DNA from: Verrucomicrobiota bacterium
Lineage (GTDB): Bacteria > Verrucomicrobiota > Verrucomicrobiia > Limisphaerales > Palsa-1400
Direction: 5' to 3'
DNA length: 64,000 bases
Assembly (NCBI GenBank): GCA_049510745.1
Contig: JBEKYR010000008.1
Coordinates: 96,001-160,000 of the forward strand
In this document: positions 1 through 9,680 of the stretch, piece after piece
How the letters are laid out: each line of letters starts with the position of its first letter
Position numbering within the stretch: the stretch's first letter is position 1
Translations under genes and position numbers: made by a program
Notes under the pieces: generated by a model
What the model was told of the DNA's origin: nothing
Seen by the model: only the letters and a program-made list of their open reading frames with translations
Database searches by the model: none

Positions 1-1265
1 GGACACTGTTCCACTCCAAGCCGCTCAATGCTATGATTGAGCGTTCGCTCAAGGCCAATCCAAGCCTCAAGGCGGCGCAAGCGGCATTGGCGGTGGCGCG
101 GGAGACGGTCAAGGCCCAGTACGGCGCTTATTATCCCGGCGTCGCCGGTAGTTTCTCCGCGGCCCGCCAGAAGACAGCCGGCACAATTTCGCCCACGCCC
201 AACTCCGGGGCATTATATTTCGATCTTTATACGCCCCAGGTCAGCGTGTCGTACGTGCCGGATGTGTTTGGGCTCAACCGGCGAACCGTGGAATCCCTCA
301 AGGCGCAGGAGCAACAAGCGCGCTTCGCCCTGGTGGCGTCGGATATCGCGCTGAGCGCCAATGTGGTTGCCGCGGCCATCCAGGAGGCCTCCTTGCGGGA
401 GCAGATTGACGCGACCCATCATCTCATCGAGATCAACACCAACATGCTTCGAATACTGCGCACCCAGTTTGCCAAGGGTTATGCCAGCAGGCTCGATGTC
501 GCGGCGCAGGAATCACAGCTCGCGCAGATCGTTGCCACACTGCCGCCGCTGCTTAAACAACTGGCGCAACAACGCGATCTTTTGGCGGCGCTCTCCGGGG
601 GCTTTCCCAGCGAGGGACCGGCTGAGGAGTTTGAGCTTTCGACTTTGCAACTCCCGCGGGAGTTGCCGTTGAGCCTGCCGTCGCAACTGGTGGCGCAACG
701 CCCGGATGTGCGTCAAGCCGAAGAAAACATGCACGCCGCCAGCGCGCAGGTTGGGATCGCCGTTGCCAACCGGCTGCCGACTTTTATGCTGAGTGCGGAT
801 CTCGGCTCTGACGCGCTGGCCTTCGGCCAAATGTTCTCTTCTGGGACGGGCTTTTGGACCTTGGCCGGATCCGTGACGCAACCGCTTTTCCAGGGTGGGA
901 CCTTGCTCCATCGGGAGCGGGCCGCCCGGGCGGCCTATACTAATGCCACCGAACTATATCGCAGCGCCGTCATCACCGCCTTTGAGAACGTAGCCGACAC
1001 GTTGGCTGCGCTCGAAGAGGATGCCGATGGGCTGCAGGCCGCCGCTGCCGCCAGGGATGCCGCCAAGGTCACGCTTGATCTGTCCATGCAACAATGGCGG
1101 ACGGGCTACGCCAGCTACCTGGCGCTGTTAAGCGCCGAACAAGCCTATAACCAAGCCGTGATCAACTTCGTTCAGGCCCAGGCCAATCGCTTTGCCGATA
1201 CGGCGGCACTCTTTGAGGCTCTGGGCGGCGGATGGTGGAACCGCGCCGATTTCACCAAAAAGTAA
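1..1265 (+). CDS. Efflux outer-membrane factor (NodT/TolC family); 5' end lies outside the window
   Basis: The frame is open back to the window edge (TLFHSKPLNAMIE...). It has the OEP motifs 'LPSQLVAQRPDVRQAE', 'QPLFQGG' and C-terminal 'LFEALGGGWW'. Confidence 0.9.
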   Translation, partial: TLFHSKPLNAMIERSLKANPSLKAAQAALAVARETVKAQYGAYYPGVAGSFSAARQKTAGTISPTPNSGALYFDLYTPQVSVSYVPDVFGLNRRTVESLKAQEQQARFALVASDIALSANVVAAAIQEASLREQIDATHHLIEINTNMLRILRTQFAKGYASRLDVAAQESQLAQIVATLPPLLKQLAQQRDLLAALSGGFPSEGPAEEFELSTLQLPRELPLSLPSQLVAQRPDVRQAEENMHAASAQVGIAVANRLPTFMLSADLGSDALAFGQMFSSGTGFWTLAGSVTQPLFQGGTLLHRERAARAAYTNATELYRSAVITAFENVADTLAALEEDADGLQAAAAARDAAKVTLDLSMQQWRTGYASYLALLSAEQAYNQAVINFVQAQANRFADTAALFEALGGGWWNRADFTKK

Positions 1266-1453
1266 TTGGTGAAACCGCCCGCCCGTTTGCCCTGGTCATC
1301 ATTGGCGGATTGATCTCGGGCACCGTGCTGACGCTTTTCATTCTGCCGCTGCTTTATCCCTGGTTCGAGTCCAGACAAGATGAACAACTCGCGGCGGAGA
1401 TCGAACGGGAAACCCACCGCCCCCTCGGCCCGCAACCCCCGCCGGCGGCGTAG
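1265..1453 (+). pseudogene. C-terminal remnant of a CusA/CzcA-type RND permease
   Basis: 'IGETARPFALVIIGGLISGTVLTLFILPLLY' matches the last TM helix of heavy-metal RND permeases. The other ~1000 aa are absent. Confidence 0.7.
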
Positions 1454-1527
1454 GGGATGATCCGCAAACGAACGGAGCGCCTGCCAGACGTGACGATTCA
1501 GGGCGGCCACTGTCAAAAGAAACCGTG

Positions 1528-4320
1528 ATGAAGTCTCTGGAACGAGGGAGCCAAGCGGGCGTATTCACGGTGCCATTGGGCGCGGTCCGCCTCAAGGATT
1601 TACCGCGCGCCGGGGGCAAGGCGGCTCATCTTGGGGAGATGATCGCCGCCGGGCTGCCGGTCCCGTCCGGATTTGTCGTCACGACGGAGGCCTGCAAGCG
1701 GTTCCTGCAATCCGATAGCCGGATTGGGGATTGGTTGGAGCGATTGGAGAGGTGCGATCCTCGAGATGCGGCAGCCCTGCGCGCCGCCGCGGAAGAGGTG
1801 AGGCAGCAGTTAAGCGCAATCGTGGCGCCAGGCGAGGTGGCGGACGCCATCGCGGCGGCCCTGGCGGCCGAACCTGGCGGCGCCCGGGCCGTGCGTTCGA
1901 GCGCGACGGTCGAAGACCTGCCGGAGGCGTCGTTCGCCGGCCAGCACGATTCGTTTCTCAACGTGCTTGGACGCGAGGCGGTCCTAGGGGCGGTGAAACG
2001 TTGCTGGCTTTCGTTGTTCTCCGAGCGGGCCATTTCATACCGGATGCGAAAAGGTGTCGCGCCCGGCCGCGCGCAGATGGCCGTCATCGTCCAGCAATTG
2101 ATTGACGCCGAAGCCGCCGGCGTGATGTTCACCACCGATCCGGCGGGCGGCGATTCCGACAGCATCGTCATCGAAGCCGCGTTTGGGTTGGGCGAAGCGG
2201 TGGTTCAGGGCAAGGTGGCGCCCGACCGCGTCGAAGTGTCGCGTTCGGGGCTGCAGGTGGTCCGGCGTGATACAGGCTCGAAGCGAATGCAGATCGTGGC
2301 CGCGAAAGAGGGCGTCCGCGAAGAACTGCTGGCGGCGGAAAAGGCGGGCGCTCCAGTGCTGGATGACGAGACGGCGGCAAGGTTGGCGCGGTTGGGGCTT
2401 GAGGTGGAGCGGGTCCTGGGCGGTCCGCAAGACATCGAGTGGGGCGTGCGCGGCAAGGAAATTTGGCTCTTGCAGGCGCGAGCGGTGACCACATTGCGGC
2501 CCGGGCGGACGGCCAGTTTCGAGGACCGCCAGGTGTGGACGAACGCCGGCACGGGCGAGGTGCTGCCGGATGTGGTGACCCCGGTGACGTGGTCGCTTTT
2601 GCGGCTGTTCTGCCGCGATTATCTGGACGGCTCAATTCGGGCTTGTGGCATCCGGCTTAAGGCCGAGCAGGCGAATGGCCTGGTTGCGGGGCGGGTGTAT
2701 TTCAACTTCAACACGGCGTGCGCGCTGGCGCGCCTGGTGCCGGGATTGAAAGAGCGAAGCATGGAAAAGCTCACCGGTGGCCGTCAGGAAACCATGCTGG
2801 CGCTGAAACAGATCAGGATCTCGGAAGCCGATCTGCCCCGGATTGAGATTCGGCGCTGGAAGGCGGCGGCGGCCCTTCCGGTTGTTGCGTTGCGATTTCT
2901 TTTCTACTCGCCCAAGTGCGGTCAAGCAACGGTGGACAAGTTCTGGCGGCTCGACGAAGACTTGGCCCGCATCAATCCCGGCTCGCTTTCCGACGGCGCA
3001 TTGCTGGCCGCGATACATGAGTCATTTTCCCCCGCGGCGTTGAACGGGTTGAACGTGCTCGACGAAGTAGTCAGCGTGGCCAGCTTGTTCTTCGTCCATA
3101 GTTCGCTTCTATTCACCCTGTGCGAGCGATGGTTCGGCCAGGAGGGGCGCAGGATGGCGAACCGGCTGCTAACAGGCATGGGCGACATGAATGACGCGGC
3201 GGCGGGTCATGAACTGTGGCTGCTGGCGGAGCAGGCGGCTCGGGACCCGGACATCAAAACCGTTCTGCTCGGGGAGCGCGCATTCTCCGTCGTTGCCTCG
3301 CGGCTGGAGGGTTGCCGGGGCGGCCGGGCTTTCCGCGTCCAGTGGGACTCCTTCATGCATCGGCATGGACACCATACGCGCGGCGAGATCGAGTTGTTCA
3401 ACCCGCGCTGGTCGGAATGCCCCGACCTCGTGCTGGGCATGGTGCGCGGCTACGTTGAAGCCATCAACGCAGGGCACCCCGGCCCGGTCGTCCGCCGGGA
3501 CGCATTGGCCAGTGAGCGCGTTGCCCTGGAGAATGAGTGCCTCGGCAGACTGAGGAATCCTTTGAAACGGGCATTGTTCCGGTTTGTCCTGCATCGCGGG
3601 CAGAAAGGCGGCCAACTCCGGGAGAATCTCAAAAGCGAGATGATCCGATGGCTGACGTTTCTGCGCTGTTTTCTGCTGGAGTTGGGCCGGCGCCTGGCGG
3701 CGCGCGGGCGGCTGGCGGATGCGAGCGATATCTTTTTTCTGGAAATCGAGGAACTACAGAGCGGCTCTTTGTTGGACCCGGGCACAGATCTGCGCGCGCT
3801 CGTCGCCGGGCGGCGGGCGGAGTATGAGCGAAATCTGAAACTGACTCCACCCGCCGTGGTCGTCGGCCGGTTTGATCCCGACCGCTTTGCGCCCGAAGTG
3901 GTGGATCGCGGGACGAAGGTGTTCCATGGGCTTGGCGTGAGCGCGGGCGTTGCGACCGGCCGCGCGCGCGTGGTGCTGCGGTCAGACGCCAACGAACGCG
4001 TGCAGGCGGGAGAGATCCTGGTGGCCCCGTTTACCGATCCGGGCTGGACGCCTTATTTTGTCGCGGCTGCCGGCATCGTGACGGACTTGGGTGGCATGTT
4101 GAGCCACGGCAGCATCGTGGCGCGCGAATATGGGATTCCGGCGGTGGTCAACGTGGGGCCGGCGACGCAAATCATCCGGACCGGGCAATGGCTCGAAGTG
4201 GACGCGGATCGGGGCGTGGTGAAGGTGCTCGACACGGCGCCGGAGACACCGGCAACGATCGGGAGCTCAGCCCCGCCGGTGCCGGGTTTTCAGGTGACTT
4301 TGGCTGAAAAGGAGTTATAG
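1528..4320 (+). CDS. PEP-utilizing dikinase-fold enzyme with rifampin-phosphotransferase (RPH)-like domain order
   Basis: N-terminal ATP-grasp ('GGKAAHL', 'AVRSSATVEDLPEASFAGQHDSFLNV', 'DIEW...LLQARAVT'), a large central domain, and a C-terminal His-swivel domain 'GGMLSHGSIVAREYGIPAVV'. Confidence 0.8.
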   Translation: MKSLERGSQAGVFTVPLGAVRLKDLPRAGGKAAHLGEMIAAGLPVPSGFVVTTEACKRFLQSDSRIGDWLERLERCDPRDAAALRAAAEEVRQQLSAIVAPGEVADAIAAALAAEPGGARAVRSSATVEDLPEASFAGQHDSFLNVLGREAVLGAVKRCWLSLFSERAISYRMRKGVAPGRAQMAVIVQQLIDAEAAGVMFTTDPAGGDSDSIVIEAAFGLGEAVVQGKVAPDRVEVSRSGLQVVRRDTGSKRMQIVAAKEGVREELLAAEKAGAPVLDDETAARLARLGLEVERVLGGPQDIEWGVRGKEIWLLQARAVTTLRPGRTASFEDRQVWTNAGTGEVLPDVVTPVTWSLLRLFCRDYLDGSIRACGIRLKAEQANGLVAGRVYFNFNTACALARLVPGLKERSMEKLTGGRQETMLALKQIRISEADLPRIEIRRWKAAAALPVVALRFLFYSPKCGQATVDKFWRLDEDLARINPGSLSDGALLAAIHESFSPAALNGLNVLDEVVSVASLFFVHSSLLFTLCERWFGQEGRRMANRLLTGMGDMNDAAAGHELWLLAEQAARDPDIKTVLLGERAFSVVASRLEGCRGGRAFRVQWDSFMHRHGHHTRGEIELFNPRWSECPDLVLGMVRGYVEAINAGHPGPVVRRDALASERVALENECLGRLRNPLKRALFRFVLHRGQKGGQLRENLKSEMIRWLTFLRCFLLELGRRLAARGRLADASDIFFLEIEELQSGSLLDPGTDLRALVAGRRAEYERNLKLTPPAVVVGRFDPDRFAPEVVDRGTKVFHGLGVSAGVATGRARVVLRSDANERVQAGEILVAPFTDPGWTPYFVAAAGIVTDLGGMLSHGSIVAREYGIPAVVNVGPATQIIRTGQWLEVDADRGVVKVLDTAPETPATIGSSAPPVPGFQVTLAEKEL

Positions 4321-4328
4321 TTGAGGAT

Positions 4329-5513
4329 ATGTTGGGCGAGTTTCTTGTGCGGCGATGTCTGCTGTGCGCGGGTGCGCTGGTGATGGGCGGGTTCATTGCC
4401 CGCGCCGACGTGGAGAGAGCCGTGCCGCTGTCGCCCTTTGTCAGCGTGCAGGCGACCGAGCCGCTGGCGACGGAGCCCGGCTCGCATCCGGGGGCGTTCA
4501 CGATTTCCCGGGCGGACGGCGCCGGCTCGGCGTTGACCCTTTCCTTCGCCCTGGGCGGCACCGCGAGCAACGGGGTCGATTACGCCGCCGTCCCGACCTC
4601 GGTCACTCTGGCCGCCGGGCAGTTGTCCACGAACATCGTCATCACACCAATCAGCCAGCCGCAGGCGGGCGGATACAAGACAGTCAGTTTGACCCTGCCT
4701 CGCCACGCCCTGGCAAGCCCACCGGCCCCCCCGGTCTTTATCGTCGGTTCTCTGAATCGGGCGGTGGTTTATATTGTCTATAATTACACCAATGTGCCGC
4801 CCAAGGTCGTGTTGGTGACGCCGACCGATGGCGCGTCATTTCTGTCGCGGCCGAATATCGAGCTGGGGGCCAACGCGTCGGATTCCAACGGGTGGGTGAC
4901 GGCGGTTGAGTTTTTCGCCAACGGCAAGAGCCTTGGCGCGGTGACGAACAACCCGTTTCCGCCCGGCTCGGCGGAGCCGCTGGCGGTGCGGGAGTCGCAC
5001 GGATCAATCGAGCCGATGTTGCCGGGCGTGCGGGTGAGGCGGTTCCAATTTGTCTGGACCAACGTTCCTCCGGGAACCTACGCGCTGACGGCTGTGGCCA
5101 CGGATAATGCCGGGCTGCAAGCCACCTCTGAAACGGTCAACCTCTCCGTCACGACCAACCTGCCGGCGCCGCAGGTGCGGATCGTCAACCCGGCCAGGGG
5201 CGCGGATTTTCCGGATTTGGCCGCGATCAACATCTACGCGGCGGCGGGCGAAGCCGGGGGCGTGGTCGATGCGGTGGAATTCTTTGCCAACGGCGTCAGC
5301 CTGGGCTTGGCGACCAACTACCTGGCCGCCGAACCGAGCATCCAGTTCCATCTCCGTCTGCAACGGCTGCCCTATTACTTCCGGTGGACCAACGCTCCGG
5401 TGGGCAGCAATGTGCTGACCGCGGTCGCCATCGACAACAACGGCACGCTGGCCACTTCCGCGCCCGTCACAATCAACGTGACGACCAATATCTATCACCG
5501 CCGCCACGAATGA
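4329..5513 (+). CDS. Secreted Ig-like domain protein (Calx-beta-like domain plus two bacterial Ig domains)
   Basis: Hydrophobic N-terminus, 'GGTASNGVDY', and two 'VEFFANG.SLG...WTN.P.G...LTAVA.DN.G' repeats. Confidence 0.75.
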   Translation: MLGEFLVRRCLLCAGALVMGGFIARADVERAVPLSPFVSVQATEPLATEPGSHPGAFTISRADGAGSALTLSFALGGTASNGVDYAAVPTSVTLAAGQLSTNIVITPISQPQAGGYKTVSLTLPRHALASPPAPPVFIVGSLNRAVVYIVYNYTNVPPKVVLVTPTDGASFLSRPNIELGANASDSNGWVTAVEFFANGKSLGAVTNNPFPPGSAEPLAVRESHGSIEPMLPGVRVRRFQFVWTNVPPGTYALTAVATDNAGLQATSETVNLSVTTNLPAPQVRIVNPARGADFPDLAAINIYAAAGEAGGVVDAVEFFANGVSLGLATNYLAAEPSIQFHLRLQRLPYYFRWTNAPVGSNVLTAVAIDNNGTLATSAPVTINVTTNIYHRRHE

Positions 5514-5600
5514 CGGGGGAGATGCCAATTCCATCCAAAGGCGGCCCAGGAATTCGAGGAAGCGGTTCGCCATCACCGTCAACGCGCTGACAAACTTTGA
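5510..5600 (+). pseudogene. Possible N-terminal remnant of a RelE/ParE toxin
   Basis: The frame from 5523 reads 'CQFHPKAAQEFEEAVRHHRQR', resembling the ParE start 'FHPEAxxEFxEAVxYY'. The ATG at 5510 is out of frame and there is an early stop. Confidence 0.4.
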
Positions 5601-5631
5601 ACACCTTGCGCAGTCCGGCGGGCGGGCGATA

Positions 5632-8253
5632 ATGAGAGCGATGGAAGTCCTGGCCACCAGCGCGGAAAGAGAAGTCATCGCCATTCAAGGGGCGCGCGAG
5701 CACAACTTGAAAAACATCTCGCTGGAGGTGCCGCGCAACCAATTGGTGGTGGTGACGGGGGTGAGCGGCTCGGGCAAAAGCACGCTGGCCTATGACCTTC
5801 TATTTGCCGAAGGCCAGCGCCGCTTTTTGGATTCGATGAACCTTTATGCGCGCCAGTTCGTCCCGCAGCCGCCCCGCCCGGAGGTCGATCTGATCACCGG
5901 CATCCCGCCCTCCGTCAGCATTGAACAGCGGCAGTCGCGCGGCGGCGGCAAGAGCACCGTCGCCACCATCACCGAAATCTACCATTTCCTGCGCTTGCTT
6001 TTCGCCCGGCTCGGCACGCTCCATTGCCCGCGCTGCCAATGCCCGGTCCAGGCGCAGACGCGCGACGCGGTGGGCCGGAAGTTGGAGCAGGAGAGGAGAC
6101 GGCGCGGCCCGTTGCTCCTGCTGGCGCCCGTGGTCAAGAATCGGAAAGGCTTTCACACCGAAGTGGCCGCCTGGGCCGCCCAACACGGCTACGCCGAGGT
6201 CCGGGCCGACGGGAAAATCCATCCGACGGCGGAGCCGCTGCGGCTGGACCGTTTTCGCGAGCATGACGTGGAAATCGTCGTGGGCGTCCTGGAAAGAAGC
6301 CGCGGAGGCGCGCGCCCGGAATTGATCGACCAAGCCCTGGAATTGGGCCGCGGCCAACTTTACGCGCTGGGGAAGGACCGGCAAACGAGCGTCCATTCCA
6401 CCGAGCGGACGTGTCCCCAATGCGGGCAATCCTTCGGGCCGCTGGACCCGAAGATGTTCAGCTTCAATTCCCCGCGGGGCTGGTGCCCGGCCTGCCGGGG
6501 TTTTGGCGAGCGGTTTTACCTGCCCGACGTCGAGCGCGGGGCGCGGGCGGAGGCGATCGAGGAATCCTGGTTCGAGTGGCAGGAGGGCAAGCGGGAACCC
6601 TGCGGCGCCTGCCAGGGCGCGCGCTTGAACGAAATCGCCCGCGCCGTGCGTCTGCGCCTTGGCGCCCGGCAAAAGCACGGGCTGGGAAATTCCCCCACCA
6701 TCGTCGATGTTTCCAATGCCTCGGTTGATGCCGCCCTGGCCTGGTGCGGCGGGCTGCGCTGGGAGGGACGGGAAGCGGCCATCGGGCGGGACATTCTGCC
6801 CGAAATCCGCGGGCGCTTGAAGTTCCTGCGCGAAGTGGGGCTGGGCTACCTGCAATTGGGCCGCGGCGCCACGACCCTCTCCGGCGGCGAGGCGCAGCGC
6901 ATCCGGCTGGCGGCGCAGCTCGGGTCCAATCTCAGCGGCGTGCTTTACATTTTGGATGAACCGACCATCGGGCTGCACGCGCGCGACACGGCGAAGCTGC
7001 TGGCGGCGCTGGAGACGCTCAAGGGGCGCGGCAACTCGCTGCTGGTGGTCGAACACGACGTGGAAACGATGCGCCGGGCGGATTACATCGTTGATCTGGG
7101 GCCGGGCGCCGGGGTCCACGGCGGGGAAGTGGTGGCCAGCGGCACGCTCCGGGAATTGATGGCGCACGAGGACTCGATCACCGCGCGCTGCCTGCGCTGC
7201 CGCAAAACCTATCCGGCGCGCGGCCGGCGGCGGCCCGTCGCGCCGGGCCGGAAACAGGAGAGCCTGGTGCTGTCGGGGGCCCGGCGGCACAATCTGAAGG
7301 ACCTGACGGTGGCCTTCCCGCTGCGGCGCTTTATATGTTTGACTGGTGTGAGCGGGTCGGGCAAGAGCACGCTGTTGCGGGATTGCCTTTGGCCGGCCCT
7401 GCGCGGGGCGGGGGTGGAGGGGGCCGGGAAGGTTTCCGGGCACGAATCGCTGCGGGCGGTCCACGAGGTGGACCAATCGCCCATCGGCCGGACGCTGCGC
7501 TCGGTGCCGGCCACCTACGCCGGGTTTTTCGACGACATCCGGCAACTTTTCGCGCAGACGCCCGAGGCGCGCCTGCGCGGTTACGCGGCGGCCCGTTTCT
7601 CGTTTAACAGCGGGCCGGGGCGGTGTCCGGAATGCCTGGGGGCGGCCATCAACAAGCTGGAAATGAATTTCCTGCCGACGGCCTGCGTGCGGTGCGAAAC
7701 CTGCCAGGGCGCGCGCTTCAACCGCGAAACGCTGGACGTGCAGTTTCGGGGACTGAACATCGCCCAGGTGCTCGACTTGACTGTGGAACAGGCGCTGGAG
7801 ACCTTCGGCGCCTTTCCCCGCATCGCGCGGGCCTTGGCGGCGCTGCGCGACACCGGGCTGGGTTACGTCAAGCTGGGCCAGCCCAGCCCCACGTTGAGCG
7901 GCGGCGAAGCGCAGCGGCTGAAGCTGGTCACCCATTTGTTGACAGGTTTCGGCCCGGCGGACGAGGCCCGCCCCCGCTGCTGCCTGTTCCTGGTGGAGGA
8001 GCCGACGATCGGGCTGCACATGGCGGACGTAACGCGGCTGGTCGAGGTGCTGCAACGGCTGGTCGATGCCGGGCACACGGTCATTGTGATCGAGCATAAC
8101 CTGGAACTGATCGCCGAAGCCGACTGGATCATTGACCTGGGGCCCGAGGGCGGAGAGGGAGGGGGGCGGATTGTCGCCCAGGGCACGCCGGAAGCGGTGG
8201 CCAAAAACCGGCAATCGCACACTGGACGATTTCTCCGATCCCTGCTTCAATAG
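5632..8253 (+). CDS. uvrA: UvrA-family excinuclease ATPase, resembling the second half of double-length UvrA
   Basis: Two ABC modules (GVSGSGKS twice, LSGGEAQR twice), CxxC Zn fingers, 'GAREHNLKNI' and 'IEQRQSRGGGKSTVAT'. Confidence 0.9.
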   Translation: MRAMEVLATSAEREVIAIQGAREHNLKNISLEVPRNQLVVVTGVSGSGKSTLAYDLLFAEGQRRFLDSMNLYARQFVPQPPRPEVDLITGIPPSVSIEQRQSRGGGKSTVATITEIYHFLRLLFARLGTLHCPRCQCPVQAQTRDAVGRKLEQERRRRGPLLLLAPVVKNRKGFHTEVAAWAAQHGYAEVRADGKIHPTAEPLRLDRFREHDVEIVVGVLERSRGGARPELIDQALELGRGQLYALGKDRQTSVHSTERTCPQCGQSFGPLDPKMFSFNSPRGWCPACRGFGERFYLPDVERGARAEAIEESWFEWQEGKREPCGACQGARLNEIARAVRLRLGARQKHGLGNSPTIVDVSNASVDAALAWCGGLRWEGREAAIGRDILPEIRGRLKFLREVGLGYLQLGRGATTLSGGEAQRIRLAAQLGSNLSGVLYILDEPTIGLHARDTAKLLAALETLKGRGNSLLVVEHDVETMRRADYIVDLGPGAGVHGGEVVASGTLRELMAHEDSITARCLRCRKTYPARGRRRPVAPGRKQESLVLSGARRHNLKDLTVAFPLRRFICLTGVSGSGKSTLLRDCLWPALRGAGVEGAGKVSGHESLRAVHEVDQSPIGRTLRSVPATYAGFFDDIRQLFAQTPEARLRGYAAARFSFNSGPGRCPECLGAAINKLEMNFLPTACVRCETCQGARFNRETLDVQFRGLNIAQVLDLTVEQALETFGAFPRIARALAALRDTGLGYVKLGQPSPTLSGGEAQRLKLVTHLLTGFGPADEARPRCCLFLVEEPTIGLHMADVTRLVEVLQRLVDAGHTVIVIEHNLELIAEADWIIDLGPEGGEGGGRIVAQGTPEAVAKNRQSHTGRFLRSLLQ

Positions 8254-8271
8254 CGCCGACGCCACCATGCC

Positions 8272-8742
8272 ATGAGCGCTGCTTACGAAGAAATTTTCGA
8301 GGGTCAAACGCTGTTGCGCGCGCCGCCCGGCCCGCGCCACGAACAAATCTGCGCCCGCCTCCATGCGCGTGTGGCCGGGGGGTTGGAGGACAGTGCGGTG
8401 ACGCGTCTGCTCAGTCCGCGCTCCCTGGTGCAGTTGTCGGCCGCCACCCGGATTCGGCCGGATTTGGCGCTGGTCACAATCGCCACCGGCAAACTCTGGA
8501 TGGCGGTGGAGATCATCGACTCGGCGGACCACCATCCGGACACGGTGTTGAAGAAAAGCATTTACGAAGATTTCAAAGTGACGCGTTTATGGGTGATTGA
8601 TCCGCGCTATGACAACGTCGAGCTTTACCACGGCACGAGCTACGGACTGGCGTTGCGGGGCATCCTGGCCGGGCGGGAGCGGTTGCAGGAACCGCTGCTG
8701 CCGCGGTTCGATATGACGGTGGCGGAACTCTTTGAAAGATAG
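8272..8742 (+). CDS. Uma2/DUF820 PD-(D/E)XK nuclease-like protein
   Basis: 'PGPRHEQI...RPDLALV...AVEII...DTVLKKSIY...LWVIDP' pattern. Confidence 0.8.
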   Translation: MSAAYEEIFEGQTLLRAPPGPRHEQICARLHARVAGGLEDSAVTRLLSPRSLVQLSAATRIRPDLALVTIATGKLWMAVEIIDSADHHPDTVLKKSIYEDFKVTRLWVIDPRYDNVELYHGTSYGLALRGILAGRERLQEPLLPRFDMTVAELFER

Positions 8743-8771
8743 GAAACGCAAGCGCCCCGCGGCCGGCCGGA

Positions 8772-9545
8772 TCAACGATTGCCGGAGGCGTCACCCAGCG
8801 AGGAGGCGGGAAGGGTTTGCATCGAACCGATGGACCGCCACACCACCGAGCCGTTGAGGAAACCGGCATTGCCGCCTTCGGCGCCAACGCCGGCGCTGTT
8901 GGTGGCGCCGTGTGAGGACACCGCAAAGGAAGAACCCTGGGACATGGCGGCGCCCGCCACGCCATGTGGAGAAACCGTCATGGCGGCGGGGAAATAGGTC
9001 GAGGCGGCCTGGTTGGGCGTCCAATAATTGGCGTCTGTAATCAAGGCGTTGGTGGACAGGGTCGGATCGGTCGATTTGCTGGGCAGAACGAAATAGTCGG
9101 GGCCTTTGATGTTGCCGACGATGGCCCCCGCCCAGTAACTATAGCCGATGACGTAGCCGTACTTGGTATGCCGGGCCACCGAATTGGCGCCGGGGCCAAA
9201 AACGATATTGGGACAGTAAAAAATGTTCGAACTCCCGGAGGCCAGATCGACCAGATTGGTAAAGGTCTCGTCGGAAAGGATGATGGAATGGTAATAGCCG
9301 GCATTGTCCGCCGAGCTGGGAAGAAGCTGCGAGTTGTCATCGGCGTAAATTTCCAGCACTTGCACCAGTTGGCGAAGGTTGCTTTTGCAGACGGCGCGGC
9401 GGGATTTTTCCTTGGCGCTGGACAACGCGGGCAGCATCAGGGCGCTTAAAATCGAGGCGATGGCAATAACCACCATCAGTTCCACGAGGGTAAACCCTGC
9501 GAGCTTGGCATGCCTGTCTTTCCCGAGGTTAAGAACTACCGGCAT
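8772..9545 (-). CDS. Prepilin-type N-terminal cleavage/methylation domain protein
   Basis: 'GFTLVELMVVIAIASILSALMLPALSSAKEKSRRAVCKSNLRQ' and a C-terminal 'GGNAGFLNGSV' (variant of the H-X9-DG tail). Confidence 0.85.
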   Translation of the reverse strand: MPVVLNLGKDRHAKLAGFTLVELMVVIAIASILSALMLPALSSAKEKSRRAVCKSNLRQLVQVLEIYADDNSQLLPSSADNAGYYHSIILSDETFTNLVDLASGSSNIFYCPNIVFGPGANSVARHTKYGYVIGYSYWAGAIVGNIKGPDYFVLPSKSTDPTLSTNALITDANYWTPNQAASTYFPAAMTVSPHGVAGAAMSQGSSFAVSSHGATNSAGVGAEGGNAGFLNGSVVWRSIGSMQTLPASSLGDASGNR

Positions 9546-9680
9546 ATACGTTGTCTTATGTGCTGTTCATGTATCAATATGCAGCACAAAGGGGGTAAAA
9601 TGCAACAAAAATCTTTTGTGAGGCAATCCCTTACAGCAGAGGGGTTTGACACGGGGCATTGCCGGGTTACTTTTCGCTTG

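Noticed and set aside
5514..9680. LexA/SOS boxes upstream of the uvrA genes
   Set aside because: No convincing TGTTC-N4-GAACA or CTGT-N8-ACAG palindrome was seen by eye.
9510..9680. N-terminal extensions in the ORF track (uvrA 9510, pyrR 27760, kinase 45369, HD 51301)
   Set aside because: The extensions overlap other genes or regulatory leaders and lack family similarity, so downstream starts were used.
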